Part shown: in pieces, positions 14,105 to 26,703 of the stretch
Layout of the letters: each line of letters begins with the position of its first letter
Numbering within the stretch: position 1 is the first letter of the stretch
Assembly: GCA_964016885.1 (NCBI GenBank)
Contig: OZ024742.1
Span: forward strand, 150,226,001-150,290,000
DNA from: Eledone cirrhosa
Lineage: Eukaryota
DNA: 64,000 nucleotides
Direction: 5' to 3'
Program-made: the position numbers and the translations under genes
The notes under the pieces: model-generated
Told to the model about the DNA's origin: nothing
Seen by the model: only the letters and a program-made list of their open reading frames with translations
Databases searched by the model: none

Positions 14105-14830
14105 TATAAATAAATACTATTTAGTAAGCAGATTTATTCACGTTTATAATAACATATATAATAACAAAGCTTACAGAACAAAAGCACAAACAAATATAAT
14201 ATAAAGGAAAGGAAAAGGAAAAAGAAAAGAAAGAGGAAAAGGAAAAAAAAACACAGAAGGAGGTAGCACACACATCTAGGACCACATACAGCAAGAGGCA
14301 GGCAAAAAGGGTGGACAACCAAGCCCATACCAGAGCCAAAGATAACAGTATCGTGAGAAGCACTGGGAAATCTCTCTAATCATTTTTGACGCAAGCCAGC
14401 ATACTCGCAGCATTACTTCAGGTGATAGCGAGGCTGATGCACTGGAACAACCAAACGCCCTCACGAGCATCACCAGTTACCTCTGTTAGGCGAGCCACCA
14501 GTGAAGACAAGAATCTTGCAGTCAGTAGCCCGACTCCCCCAAACGTCTCGAACGCCACAGACTGGAAAATGTAGGTGGTCGACAGATCATGGTATTTTAG
14601 GATTTTGTTCCGTTTGGTTGCGGAAGCTGTGATTCTTGCCCTAACCGCAGCATCCAGGATGTGGGAAGAAGCAAATGAGTCATTAACTGTGATGTCCCAG
14701 ATAAGGCACCTGACTCTCGACCTGGGGCACAGGGTAAGGCCGTCAGGTCTTTTCCCATCAATTCTGGACAACCCAGACGGTTCCAAAATTGAGGGGATGT
14801 TTGCCTGGGCCAAAGCTTTAGTGAAAATAA
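14105..14830 (-). mobile_element. 3' fragment of a CRE-like non-LTR retrotransposon (restriction-like endonuclease)
   Basis: ORF 14418-14876: EPSGLSRIDGKRPDGLTL..LIWDITV..K..KY..F..VAFETFG..WLFQ.ISLAI, the RPD..D..K RLE motif of CRE/R2-group elements. AATAAA lies near the 3' end. Confidence 0.75.
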
Positions 14831-14892
14831 AGTTTAGCTCCATGTGATAAGTGCACATCTTAATTTGGGGAGGCATTTAAAAAAAAAATGGT

Positions 14893-16815
14893 TTAACCCT
14901 TTAGCATTTAAACCGGCCATAACCAGCCAGAATTCTCACCTCTTTCTGTTCAAATTGGCTGTAATAATAATAATGATGAATAATGAAATTATTGTGTAAA
15001 GTGCTCAGGTGCACTACAACTCGTCAAAGGTGCATGTATAATACATAGAATAATATACAAATGTCAGGGAAGTGAATAGTGTATGAGTCATGATATACAT
15101 GTGTGTATGTGTATGGAGAGGGAACATTAGGTGTAGTGTTGGCGAATCTCGGGAAGCATGGAGGTTTTAAAGGATGCAGTGTCTCGACAGCTAACAACTG
15201 ATGCAGGAAGTTTGTTCCATGCTTCAGCAACTCTGAGTGTGAAAAAATGTTTCCGAAAGTCATGGGAACTGTGCTGTTTTCTGACTTTGTGGGCATGACC
15301 ACGTGTGTTAGACACATGGAAATCAAAAAGGCACTCAGGATTGTTGTTGGCAAGATGGTTAACAATTTTGTGGGTATTTACCAAGTCAGTTGCCAGGCGT
15401 CGGAGCTTCAATGTATCCATGCCCAGGGAAGCAAGGCGTTCAGAGTATGGTAGATGCCTGATGGAGGGTATTCGCTTGGTTGCACGTCTCTGAACAGTTT
15501 CCAGGCAGTCAATGTTCTGAGCAAATTGGTGATGCAAATTCTAAGTGTGGCCGCACCTAGCCATGTACAGCCTTAAATAGATAGCTGGAGAGCGGCTGAC
15601 AAAGGTCTTGCTGAGTGATGCTAAGACACCCTCGGCCCTCTTGACAATTTTAGAGACGTGCTTCATCCAACGCAAATCGCTGCTGACTGTAATGCCCAGG
15701 TCACGTTCACAAGAAGACTTCTTGATATTAGGATATTAGTGCTGTGGAGGGAGTATGTGGACGCTGGGTTTTTACTCCCAAAATGCATGGTGGTGCACTT
15801 GTCCACAGCTAGCTTGAGTTGCCAGTCTGAGATCCATTGTTGCATTGTGTCCAGGTCAGACTGCAAGCAAGATCTATAGTGTTCAGGATCTGTCCTTTTT
15901 ATCTCAAGGTTCAGCTTGTAGTCATCTGCGTACTTTAGTACTGTGGCATTCTTTAAGTTGGCATCTATGTCATTAATATATGCCACAAACAAAAGGGGGC
16001 CAAGAACAGATCCTTGTGGTATACCAGATGACATCTCATATGGTGAGGAATGCTGTCCCAGAACCGTGACTACCTCTCTTCGACTGAGAATGAAGGACTT
16101 CAACCAGTTAAAAAGATCATCCTTCACACCCATTGCAGAGAGTTTTGCCATAAGCCATTTGTGTGGCACAGAATTGAAAGCTTTCACAAAGTCAAGGTAA
16201 ACAACATCCACCCATGAGCCGCCATCAGTGATCCGGGTGATGTCTTCAAGAAACTCGATAAGTTGATCACAGCAGCTGGAGTTGGGGATAAATCCAAATT
16301 GCAAGGGCCGGATAAGACTGAGAGTTCCAGAAGTTCCAAAGTGTTTCTCTGACACAGGATTCCATCAGTTTGGCAATGCAACTAGTAAGACTGACTGGAC
16401 GATAGTTCACAGGTGATATGCGGTCACCCTTTTTGAACAGAGGAATGACACTGGCAGTTTTCCACTGTTCTGGAGTAGCACCGTTGTTCAGACAGAATTG
16501 GAAGAAGCGTGATAGCTGGTGCAGAAGGAAGTACCCACCACGTTTAAGAAGCAGGTACGTAACACCATCAAAACCAGGAGAGGCATGGTTGCGTTTATTT
16601 TTTAGGTGACGTCGCAGCATTGCAGGTGTAAATTCCATGGTTGTAAATTCCATGGTTGTAACTAGCCACTCATGCTTAGGTTAAGGTATTGTTCTCAAAA
16701 TAGATAATATCAAAATCTCACAGATTCAATATTATGTGAGATATCATGTAAGATAAAACATTTACTGCGAAAATACAATAGTAAATATAGAGTAATGTAA
16801 ATACTAAAGGGTTAA
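14893..16815 (-). mobile_element. piggyBac-type MITE, copy 4, split by a CR1 LINE insertion
   Basis: TTAACCCTTTAGCATTTA at 14893 and TAAATACTAAAGGGTTAA at 16815. The halves (14893-14964, ~16656-16815) rejoin into the reverse complement of the other copies. Confidence 0.85.
14965..16655 (-). mobile_element. 5'-truncated CR1-type LINE (RT domain, frameshifted)
   Basis: SPGFDG, NYRPVSLTS, QFGF, YLDFVKAFNSVPH, SGIPQGSVLGPLLF, YADD, TRGH..K, HFFTLRVAEAWNKLP; AT-rich tail. Confidence 0.9.
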
Positions 16816-17539
16816 ACTATGAATGTCAGGTGAAGAGTATAAAGTTTGTAGACTGTATATTTTTATTATCAAATACATTGTAATTCTAGATGTAATATCT
16901 TTGTACATTTTTAAAATACAAGGAAGTGTAAAAATAAATTTACTTTATTTCCTACATCGTATTTTTAGTTGAAATATTTAGTACAATTTTTAAACAAAAG
17001 AAAGTGAAAATAAGTTTATTTTATTCATCATAAAATTCATTAAAATTGTAGCTTTTTTTTAGTAAAGAGTTGCCATTATTGGTGTAGAAGTGATCCTCAC
17101 CATGTGTACATTTGTGGGAGATATTTGTGGTTTAATTTAAGGGCCACTGCAGCACTAGAATTCCATTAACCAGTAACCCAAACTGCCCCATAACCTTATC
17201 AGACGCAACGTGATTTTCTGGGACGTGTTTTTGGAAAAAAAGTGTGTCTTATAAGCCGTCAAATACAGTATATGTATACACATACATTAAGTTAACATTT
17301 TTAAATAAGAAAAACAAAGTGAGCCTGATCCTGTCATAGAAGTGGCCTTGTTTGATATGCTGAAAAGGAGTAGATAGAAACTCTATATTTTTTCAAATCA
17401 CAGGATTGATAGCTTCTTCTACCTAATTATCTAATTAGCAACAGAAGAGGTTGCTCTGAGAGTATAATAGATAGAATAAGAACAAGATGGAAACAGTTCA
17501 GGGAACTTCTACCAATGTTGAAAACAAACAGTTCTCTCT

Positions 17540-18005
17540 ATGAATAAAAGGCTGGCTGTATGATGCCTGTGGGAAATGTGAGATCTTGCATGATAATGAG
17601 ACATGAACAGTGAATGCAGAGGATATGTGAAGGCTAGAGAGAAATGAAATGAGCAAGCTCTGATGATGTGCAATATTAATGTGCATAAAGCATGGAGCAT
17701 AGACGAATTAAGAGAAAAGCTCTGTATCAAAGGAATCAGATGTAGTGAGCAGAAGAAAGGATTGTGCTGGTATAGACAAGTGATTTACATGGATGATCAT
17801 TGTGTGAAAACATACCAAGAAATCTCAGTGGAAGGAAGCTGCAGAAGAGAGATCAAGGAAGATATGAACAGAGGTTGTGAGAGCTGATCACCAATCGCCA
17901 AAGCCCAAAGAAGAGATGACAAAGGGATGCAATGGGTGGAGGATGGTGTGCTGAGAATGACCCAACCAACCGATCCAAGCAGATAAAGGTAGATGTATGA
18001 TGATG
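17540..18005 (+). mobile_element. Old RTE LINE 3' fragment
   Basis: ORF 17663-17887 (SIDELREKLCIKGIRC..GLCWYRQV) is a diverged homologue of the RTE at 12923-13387. Confidence 0.65.
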
Positions 18006-18379
18006 GAGACAAAATAGTCAATGGATGATTGAGTTTAATTAATTTAAAAAAAAAAAAAAAAAAAGGGTATAGATAGGGAATTCTATACAGTGAACTCAAC
18101 GTAAAGTATGCTGTAGCATTACAACTAGGCAGACTAGCCACAGATGCATACGAGTAATTAGCAGTAGAAGCACCTGTGAAACATATCCTTTGAAAAGCTT
18201 TGAAGGTTCCCTAAAAGTAGTTGATAGCTTCTGTTACAGCTAAAGTAAGAACAGGGTGAAAATAGTTTAAGCTGGACAAAAATTTTCCACATCTAGTAAT
18301 GAAGGGATTCTTTCTCTGGGTAAAGAGCAGAATATAGAATATTGCATCATAGCAAAATATAAATCATGAATGCAGAAGA

Positions 18380-19670
18380 TACGAGGTGCACTCAAGAAGT
18401 TTTGAGACTTTTCTCTTTGTAGGTATTTTTAATTAATTAGTGCAACTGTTGCTCTAATACATCCTTGATATGGTTATAATAAGCTAACATACTAAGTAAT
18501 TTTTTTCCAAATTGAAAGTTCAGGCCACTACAGAACTTTAAACACTACCCATCACTCACGTCTTGTGACAGCTGACTGGTTCCACAATGCAGTCAGGATG
18601 TGAGGACAACTTAGACATTCAATATGCAATAAAGTTTTGTATCAAACTTGGCAAAAATGCTGCAGAAACCTATGAAATGGTCAAAACTGCTTGTGGACTA
18701 ACTTTCATGAGCTTGGTGACTGTTTTCTGCTGGCACAAGAAGTTGCATATAGGCAGGGAGCAGATGAGGGACAACAAGAGATGTGGCAGGGAGAGGGACA
18801 TTAAGACACCAAAGTTGGTTGACAAAATTGGCACATTTCTGGATGAAGACTTGTGTATCTCTTCTGATGATTACTAAACAAATTAAAGTGTCTGAGGGTA
18901 CTATGCACAGAGTCATTCATGGTGATCTGAACATGCACAAAGTTTGTTCCCAGGGTACTTAATGAAGATCAAAGGGAGAGATGCATTGATGACAGCAGGG
19001 AGTTGGTTGAGTGGATCACACTGAATCCATGTGTCCTTGAGTTTCTGGTAACCTGTGATGAGAGCTGAGTCTAATTTTATGATCCAGAGTCCAAGGGACA
19101 GAGTGCCCAGTGGAAACATTGTGACTTCCCATGACCCATGAAGGCTAGACAAAGCAGGCTCACTGTGAAGCTCATAATGATCTCATCTTTCGATAGCAAG
19201 GGCATCATCTACATCCAGTGGGTCCCCCACTGCCAGACAGTCAACAAAGAGCATTATGTAGAGGTTTTGAGGCTGTTCAGAATGAGATTTCCTTGCAAGA
19301 GACCAGAACTCAAGACTGGTCAAAGGCACCTGCACCTGCCACAAATCCATCATGGTGACCAACTACTAGGGGGATATGGGGATCAAGACTGTCCATCATC
19401 CTCCCTACAATCAAGGCTTAGCCCCATGCAACTTCTGGATGTTCCCAAAACTGAAAGAGAAGCTCAGGAGTATTTGCTTTGAGGATGTGGAGGAGGTGAA
19501 GGAGACTGTGACAAGCGCCCTGGACACCTTCACTTTGGAGGACTTCAAGTGGATCTTCCAGAAGTGGCTGGAGCACTACAACAACTGAATTGATGTTGGA
19601 GGATCCTACTTTAAGGGAGACTAGAGTTTTGTGTTATCTGAATTAAATAAATGTCTCTCTGTACCTCGGA
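18380..19670 (+). mobile_element. Degenerate mariner (Mos1-like) DNA transposon
   Basis: TA-CGAGGTGCAC left end and GTACCTCG right end. Broken ORFs show YAIKFCIKLGKNAAETY (HTH), VTCDES, FDSKGII, TVNKEHY and HPPYNQGLAPCNFWMFPKLKEKLR (YSPDLAP motif). Confidence 0.9.
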
Positions 19671-20076
19671 TGTAAAGACTAGAAAGAAATCAAATGAGCA
19701 TGCTCTACTGGATGTGTTGTTAGCATGTATGAATGATGGAGCAGAAAGTGCTGAAAAAGGAATAAGATGTAGTATGAAAAAGAGAAGACTGGGCTGATTC
19801 AGATATGTGATGTGTATATAGATGACAGTTGGATAAAGAAGTACTGAGGGCTCAAATTAGATGGGACCTGTGGAAGAAGAAAACTGAAAACAGGACAAAA
19901 TAGTGAAAGCTGATCTTGGGAGTCTGAATCTCACAAAGATGATGATAAAAGAGAGTAACATGTGTTGAGATCCTATGGTAAAGAAGACCTTTCAAATATC
20001 AGCCAGCAAGAAAAACAGACATAAAATCATTATCATGATAATGTGGAAGGAACTATGAGGTAGAAGATTCACTCAC

Positions 20077-20244
20077 TCGTGTTGTCAGACCAAACTGATC
20101 CAGCATCATGCATAACAGCGTAAGTCTTGTATTTGACACATTTGTTTTCTTCTTCAGCACACTCACCGCTGTGTGACATAAATAATTCATCTAAGCAGTA
20201 TGATGTTCCAAGGGTGGTACAAGCATGACAGTTTAGTGCATAAG
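20077..20244 (-). CDS. Ly6/uPAR three-finger protein, exon 2
   Basis: ttttctctttttcag| (A)YALNCHACTTLGTSYCLDELFMSHSGECAEEENKCVKYKTYAVMHDAGSVWSDNT |gtgagt. 168 nt, phase 1-1, open; LxCxxC start and CxK motif of LU domains. Confidence 0.9.
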
Positions 20245-20344
20245 CTGAAAAAGAGAAAATATTTTATACATAAAATATATGTACATACATACACAGATAT
20301 ATATTAATAGAGAGAATAACCAAGTTATACTTAAAATATAATTT

Positions 20345-20440
20345 TAATTCTACGTATGTTTCAATGTAGAGCAGTGGGCTATACCATGATACATACAAGG
20401 TATGTATATTCTATATGCTCTACATATATTCAGGAAATTA
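20345..20440 (-). ncRNA. Degenerate type-I hammerhead relic in a Penelope-derived fragment
   Basis: Minus strand: TAATTTC-CTGAATA-t-ATGTAGAGCA...TGCTCTACAT-t-GAAA-CATACG-TA-GAATTA. Core G8 is mutated and stem III is imperfect. Confidence 0.45.
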
Positions 20441-20451
20441 TATATATATAC

Positions 20452-21110
20452 ATGAACGGCAAAGCATAAATGAACTAAGTTAGAAATTAGGAATAAGAGG
20501 GATCAGATGTTGTTTACTTGAGAGAAGACTACGTTGGTATGGTCACGTGAGGCGCATGAAAGACGACAGTTGGATAAAAAAAGTGCAGGACGATCAAAAT
20601 AGATGGAAGCTACGGAGTAGGTAGACCCAGAAAAACCTGGGACGATTTGATAAATTCCGACCTTACACACTTACACCTCTCTAAGACAATGCCACTGGAC
20701 CGAGATCTTTGGCACTATGCAGTAATACAGAAGACCCGCCTTGTCTAAGTACAAAGCGAAACCTACAGTCAGTAGGCACCTCTTAACCAAATATACACCT
20801 CCCACCATCCCACTAGCCCCCACCCCTTTCTCTGTAAAGTTATGTTAGTACCACAACATCCAGTCCTAAATGGTGTAGGTGTCACGAGAAAAAAAAAACA
20901 CACACAATCCACGCTGTAATGTCGCCGTGTGGGTAACATGGTAAAAACCTCCCAGTCCACACTAAACGTGTGTTAGGAAGGGCATCCAGCCATAGAAAAC
21001 CTGCCAGACAGTCCTATACGAGCAAGACAACCAATCTTGCCTCACGTGGGACAATTCCCGTCGAAAAACCCATGCTAGCGTGGAAGATAGACGTTAAATG
21101 ATGATGATGA
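20452..21110 (+). mobile_element. RTE LINE 3' fragment (same family as 12545-13870, opposite strand)
   Basis: Close match by eye to the reverse complement of 12545-13220, including the 3' UTR and GACGTTAAATGATGATG tail. Confidence 0.85.
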
Positions 21111-21329
21111 TATCATCATCATCATTTCATCATTTCATTTTACATCCGCTTTTCCCTGCTTGCAAGGGTGGGACGGGAACTGATGCTGGCTTGATTTCTA
21201 CAGCTGGATGCCCTTCCTAACACCAACCTCATTTACAGTGAGTGCTGGGTGCTTTTTTGCCGTGGCACCTCCACGACCACTTTGCAGTGGAATGATATGG
21301 ACCCCAGTCCCTATCATCTCATTTCTACA

Positions 21330-21460
21330 GCTGAGCAAACTGGAGCAATGTGAAATAAAGTGTCTTGCTCAAGGAAACAACACATCACCCAGTCTGGGAT
21401 TGAACTCACAACCTTTCGATTGCAAGGCCAATGCTCTAACCACTAAGCCATGTGCCTCCA
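21330..21460 (-). mobile_element. tRNA-derived SINE head
   Basis: Minus strand GGCACATGGCTTAGTGGTTAGAGC...GAGTTCAATCCC (Pol III A and B boxes) followed by TCCTTGAGCAAGACACTT. Confidence 0.7.
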
Positions 21461-21513
21461 TATATATATATATACAGTAGCATATATATATATGTACAGT
21501 ACATATATAAAAG

Positions 21514-22070
21514 TACAGTAGCTAGAGTCAGAACGGATGGAAAAAGTTCAGAGAGCTTATACCACTATTAGCTGCTAAAGGGTTCTCCCTAAAAATGAAA
21601 GGCAGGTTGTATGATGCCTGCATACGAACAGCAATGTTACATGGCAGTGAGACCTGGGCATTGTGTGCAGAGGATATATGCAGACTGGAGAGAAACGAAG
21701 CTTGCATGCTCCGCTGGATGTGTAATAGTAATATACGTGAACGGCAAAGCATAAACGAACTAAGGGAGAAATTAGGAATAAGAGGGATCAGATGTTGTTT
21801 ACTCGAGAGAAGAATACGTTGGTATGGTCACGTGATGCGCATGAAAGACGACAGCTGTATAAAAAAAGTGCAGGGCAATAAAAGTAGACGGTAGCCACGG
21901 AGTAGGCAGACCCAGAAAAACCTGGGACGGCTTGATAAATTCCGACCTCACACACTTACACCTCTCCAAGACAATGTCACTGGACCGAGATCTTTGGCGG
22001 TATTCAGTAATAGAGAAGACCCGCCCTACAAAGTAAAACCAACTACAGTCAGTAGGCATCTCTAACAAAA
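21514..22070 (+). mobile_element. RTE LINE fragment (RT C-terminus)
   Basis: ORF 21595-21894 is nearly identical in protein sequence to 12923-13387. Confidence 0.9.
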
Positions 22071-22689
22071 TACCCCCCCCCCCAGTTTTTCTGGCTGGAT
22101 GCCCTTTCTATTACCAATCATCTTACATCGTGGACTGGGTGCATTATTCATGCTACCAGCACTAGAGATGTTGTCTTACTAGATTCATGAGTCCTCTCCA
22201 CTCTTTATCAGTTTTTATTTGGAGTGTCAACACCTAGACAGGTCGCCTTCACTACGGCTTATAGAGCCTACTTTTGCTTTGTGCAGTCATTTATACATGT
22301 ATATGAAGGTGGTGATTGTGGTGGTTTGGGGTGATTGGGATGTTGAGGTGGTTGGGGTGATGATGGTGGTTTATGTGTGTGTGAATTTATGTGTGTGTGT
22401 GAGTTCATGGTGGTTATGGTTATGGCTCAAGAAAGGAAGAAGGATTGAGGCTCCTGGAATTCTGTGACACAAACGAGCTAACCATCTGCAACACCAATTT
22501 CAGGAAACTAACCAATCACCTGATTTCATAGTACTCGGGCGAACACAAAACACCAAATTGATTATTTACATGTAAGACAAAACAAATGGACTGTAATACA
22601 CACTAAGACCTTCCCTAAGGAAAAATGCACCACCCAGTACAAGTTAGTTATTAATGACATCAAAATAAACACAAGACAGAACAAAACTC

Positions 22690-24260
22690 ACAGGAAAATA
22701 TCAAGACAGAAGGTTTGGAAGCTAAAGGATCTTTCAGTTAAATATAGCTTTTGAAAAGTCCTATGTGATGCATTAGATGAGAGAGGTGACGAAGTAAGTA
22801 CATATAATGTAGAGGACAACTGGAAATTCCTATGTGACAACCTTTTGTGAACTACTGATGATTTTTGTGGCTGGAGGAAAGTGCCAGCCAGAGAGAGGGT
22901 GACTTGGTGGTAGAAAAGCACAGTGGATAGAACCATTAAAGCCAAGAGACAGGAATGGAAAGACTGGAAAAATGGGGGTAGCAGAGACCAGTACCAGGTA
23001 GCTAAGATAGAAGCTAGATGACAGTTATACATAGCTCAGAGAGAGGTTGCAAAAAGAAAGTTTGCCAATGACTTGAGACATGAGGACCAGAGATGTGAAG
23101 TGTTCTACATTGCAAGGCAGTTTGACAGTGTGAATCATGATGTTGTTGGGGAAAAGTGTGTTGGAAATGACACTGGTGCATTTAACACAACTAATACCCC
23201 AAAAGAAAATGCCTGGAAATGTTACTATGAGAGATTGATGAATGTAGAGAATTAATAGAAGGATGAGAGACTTCCCCCAACTTACCCAACAGAAGGACCA
23301 GGTTTTGAATTTGACAGTTATAGGGTCAAAGAAGCAATCAAAGATATGAAGAATGGTAAAGCTGTTGAACCATCAGAAATAGATACTGAGATGCTAAAAG
23401 CATTGAGGGATTAGGTGTGGAACTAGTAACCTGCAAAGTCAATCAGGTGATACAAGACAGAGTCATACCCAATGACTGGCACAGCAGTACAATCACAAAT
23501 TGCTACAAAGGCAAATGTGATCCTCTAAAAAGGAGCAACTACAGAGGAAAAAAACTAAGTTATGAAAGTGACGAAATGAGTTGTAGCACAGCTAATTAGA
23601 GAAAGCGTCAAATTAGATGAGATGCAGTTTGGTTTCATGTCTAGGAAAAATACTACAGATGCCCTACAAGAGAAGTTCCTAGCCAACAAAAAGCCACAAT
23701 ATTTAACTTTTGTTAATCTAGAAATGGCCTATGACAGAGTACCTCGATCTATTATCTGGAGGTCCTTAAGGAAATTAGGTGTAGAAGAATGGCTTGTGAC
23801 AGCAGTGCAAGCCATGTGCAGAGGAGCTGTCAGTAAAGTGAGAGTAGGAAGTGAGTTTAGTGAGGAATTCAATGTAGAGGTAGGACTTCATCAAGGTTTC
23901 AGTTCATAGCCCACTGCTGTTCATCATAATTCTTCAGGCCATAACAGAGGAGTTTAAAACTGGCTGTCCATGTGAACTTCTCTATACAGATGATTTGGTC
24001 CTTAAAGCCAAATCCATAAAAGAACTAAAATAAGTTCCAACTATGGAAATGGGATTTGGAATCAAAAGGTCTGAGAGTACACTTAACTAAAACTGAAGTG
24101 CTAGTGAGTAGGAAAGAAGTTAGGACCCTGATTCCACCAAGGAAGTGGTCTTGCTCAATATGTAGAAAACGAGTAGGCATAAACTCCATATGATGTACAC
24201 AAGAGATGTAGTAGGATAACAACCAACAGGAAAGGGAAGACTTTGTATGTTGAAGATGCA
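22690..24260 (+). mobile_element. Old, heavily degenerate RTE LINE (central RT region)
   Basis: Fragments TWW, WKCYYERLMNVEN, IPNDW..S.I..CYKGK.D...SNYRG, MQFGF, F.NLE.AYDRVPR, GLHQG, LLYTDDLVL. Confidence 0.8.
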
Positions 24261-24399
24261 CAGGAGTAAACGAGGGAAAGAGCGTCAGTGATATTAGGTA
24301 TCACTATGAATTTTTGAAAATATTTAAATCTAACTTCTACGTGAAATTTGGATGAATATTTTTGGAAATATGACAATTTGAATGGTCAGCAAATTGGTC

Positions 24400-25090
24400 A
24401 AAATCTTCAGTATATATGTTTTTAACTTTTTTCTTTGGAGCATATATGAAAAGTTTGTGGGGACTTCCTTGTTTAGAATACCCTACATACAATTGACCAT
24501 GTGAGAAATAGCCCTTTTCTAGATGGAAACTGACAACCTGCAGTGTTTGACCTTGGGATTTGGTAATACATAATTGACTCTCACTGGGAATTGCAATCGT
24601 CTGAAACAAAAAGAGACATCTGATGGTATTAGCGGTATTCTAGCTATAAATATGATGTCTCCCTTACTGCATCCAATGAAAATTTTGGCTTCGATAATGT
24701 GAGGCTGTAGCTCAGTCACAACCAAATGCATACCACTGCACACTCATGGCTGATCCAAGTTTCTGAGAAGCATGATGACTGTGCCCTTCTTCAATTCAAG
24801 GTTGTGGCGGCATACTAGACGGTTCCAGACTGTTGAGAAATTCAACGAGATAATGAACAGCTTCATCCTTGTTATAGATTTATAAATCTGGTTACCTCCA
24901 GGGATCATTTGCAAGAGATTTTTGTTGGTGGCATTCACTGTGATCTTTTTGGGGGCAATTGTTGCTCTTTCACACAACCACTCCTCATTGGAATGGTGGG
25001 TTTTGAAATTAGGGAAGACTTGATTAATTAAGTTTACAACACTTTCCACAACAGTAGAAAATGATGAAGGATCAAAACATCCTTCAGTAT
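24400..25090 (-). mobile_element. Helitron RepHel PIF1-helicase C-terminal fragment
   Basis: WLCERATIAPK, LELKKGTVIMLLRNLDQP, RIPLIPSD..F.FRRLQFPVR, TKSQGQTL, FSHGQLYVGYSK; multiple frameshifts. Confidence 0.85.
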
Positions 25091-25645
25091 CAAGGAATTG
25101 CTTTTCTATAAACTTAACTGGCTGAGAGGTGCTTATCTGTAACTCTGAGGGTCCTCCTCACTCCCTGCCTCTGCTTTCGAAAAAAAGGAATCAGTGAGTG
25201 AGTCAGATCGATTGAAAACAAATTTAAAAACCTAGAAAAGAAAAAAAATTTCCCACAGAAAAAATCTCCGAGATTGGGAAAAATCCAAGAATCAACCCCT
25301 AGTCCCCTTCTCTACTGTTGATATATTGGCCATGTGAGAAGATGGCACTTCATCAGACATATTTCATTTTTGTTGCATTGTTGAACATACAGAAACACAC
25401 ACATACACAGAAATACACACACACACACACAGAAATACACACATTACGTTTTAGTTAGTTAGAGAGAGAGGGAGGTGGAGTGAGTGAGTGAGAGGTGGGG
25501 TGGAATAGTGTTTCACTCTCTCTATATATATAGATAGCATGGCAGACGAACAGACAGTACTTGGATGCTAGAAAGAGCTGTAAATTCTCCCCAACACACT
25601 CTTGTCTCATAACATCTACCCCATGTAAGTGTGGAAAAATAGACA

Positions 25646-25865
25646 TTAACCCTTTAGCATTTACATTACTCTATATATACTATTGCATTTTCGTGGTAAA
25701 GGCTTTACATAATTATTTCACATAATATTGAATCTATGAGATTTTGATGTTATTTTGAAAACAATACCTTAATGTCAGTAGGAGTGGCCAGTTATGGCCG
25801 GTTTGAACAGAAAGAGGTGAAAGAGTTCTGGCCGGATACGACTGGTTTAAATGCTAAAGGGTTAA
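25646..25865 (+). mobile_element. piggyBac-type MITE, copy 5
   Basis: TTAA-CCCTTTAGCATTTA ... TAAATGCTAAAGGG-TTAA, inserted in the TTAA of a SINE/RTE tail (GGAAAAATAGACATTAA|..|ATG..GATGAT). Confidence 0.9.
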
Positions 25866-26494
25866 ATGGTGGGGATGATGATAATGATTATGATCACTAT
25901 CTAAAACCAATGGTAAACATAAGTTATTTAACACAACAATCTGGGGAAAAAAGGTTTTAAAGTATGACAGTATACAATATATACCCCAGTTCACTTAACT
26001 ATTGAGAATGGGGTTTGCAACCCTCTGAGGATGTTATTTGTAAAAGTCAGGCGTCCTAAGTAAATGGAGTAAAATCTCTCAGTGCTCTTACAAATACCAT
26101 TTGCTTCAGGTCTCATGGCCTGTTTCTCTTTACACACAACCTGGATATAATCATAGATTCTATTGAAAAGTACTTTACTTAACTGCAGTATAGCATTCTT
26201 TACTATCTATACAATTAGTACAATTAAAAAAAAACAAAAAACTGTTAGTATACTAGTAATTTCTTTTAATTGAACCAGCTGTTAAGAATGTATTATAATC
26301 ATATATGCAACTTGGTTTAACCACTGTACTTAAGTTCTTAGTAGTAGACAAGTTGTATACATCAATTACATAGACTGTTGGCTAAAAGTATATAGATTAT
26401 TTTATAGTATTGAAAAGCATTGGAACAAAACACTGTTCACACAGTAGTTTACTATTCAAACTGGCTGTCAAGAATATATTATATATGCCAATTT

Positions 26495-26703
26495 AGGGTG
26501 GTGGATTGGCAGTATCAGTAGAACATTGGACAATAAGCTTTGTGGCATAGAGTTACGCTCCTTTATGTTCTGAGTTCAAATCCTGCCGAGGTTAGCTTTT
26601 GGGGTTTGATAAAATAAAGTACCAGTATCTTACTGGGGTCGATTTAATTGACTTTCCTCTTCCCCCAAATTACTGGTCTTGTGCCTATAGTAGAAATCAT
26701 TAT
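26495..26703 (+). mobile_element. tRNA-derived SINE
   Basis: GGTGGTGGATTGGCAG...GAGTTCAAATCC B-box and GATAAAATAAAGTACCAGT body; related copies at 33165-33470 (-) and 33800-33915. Confidence 0.7.
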
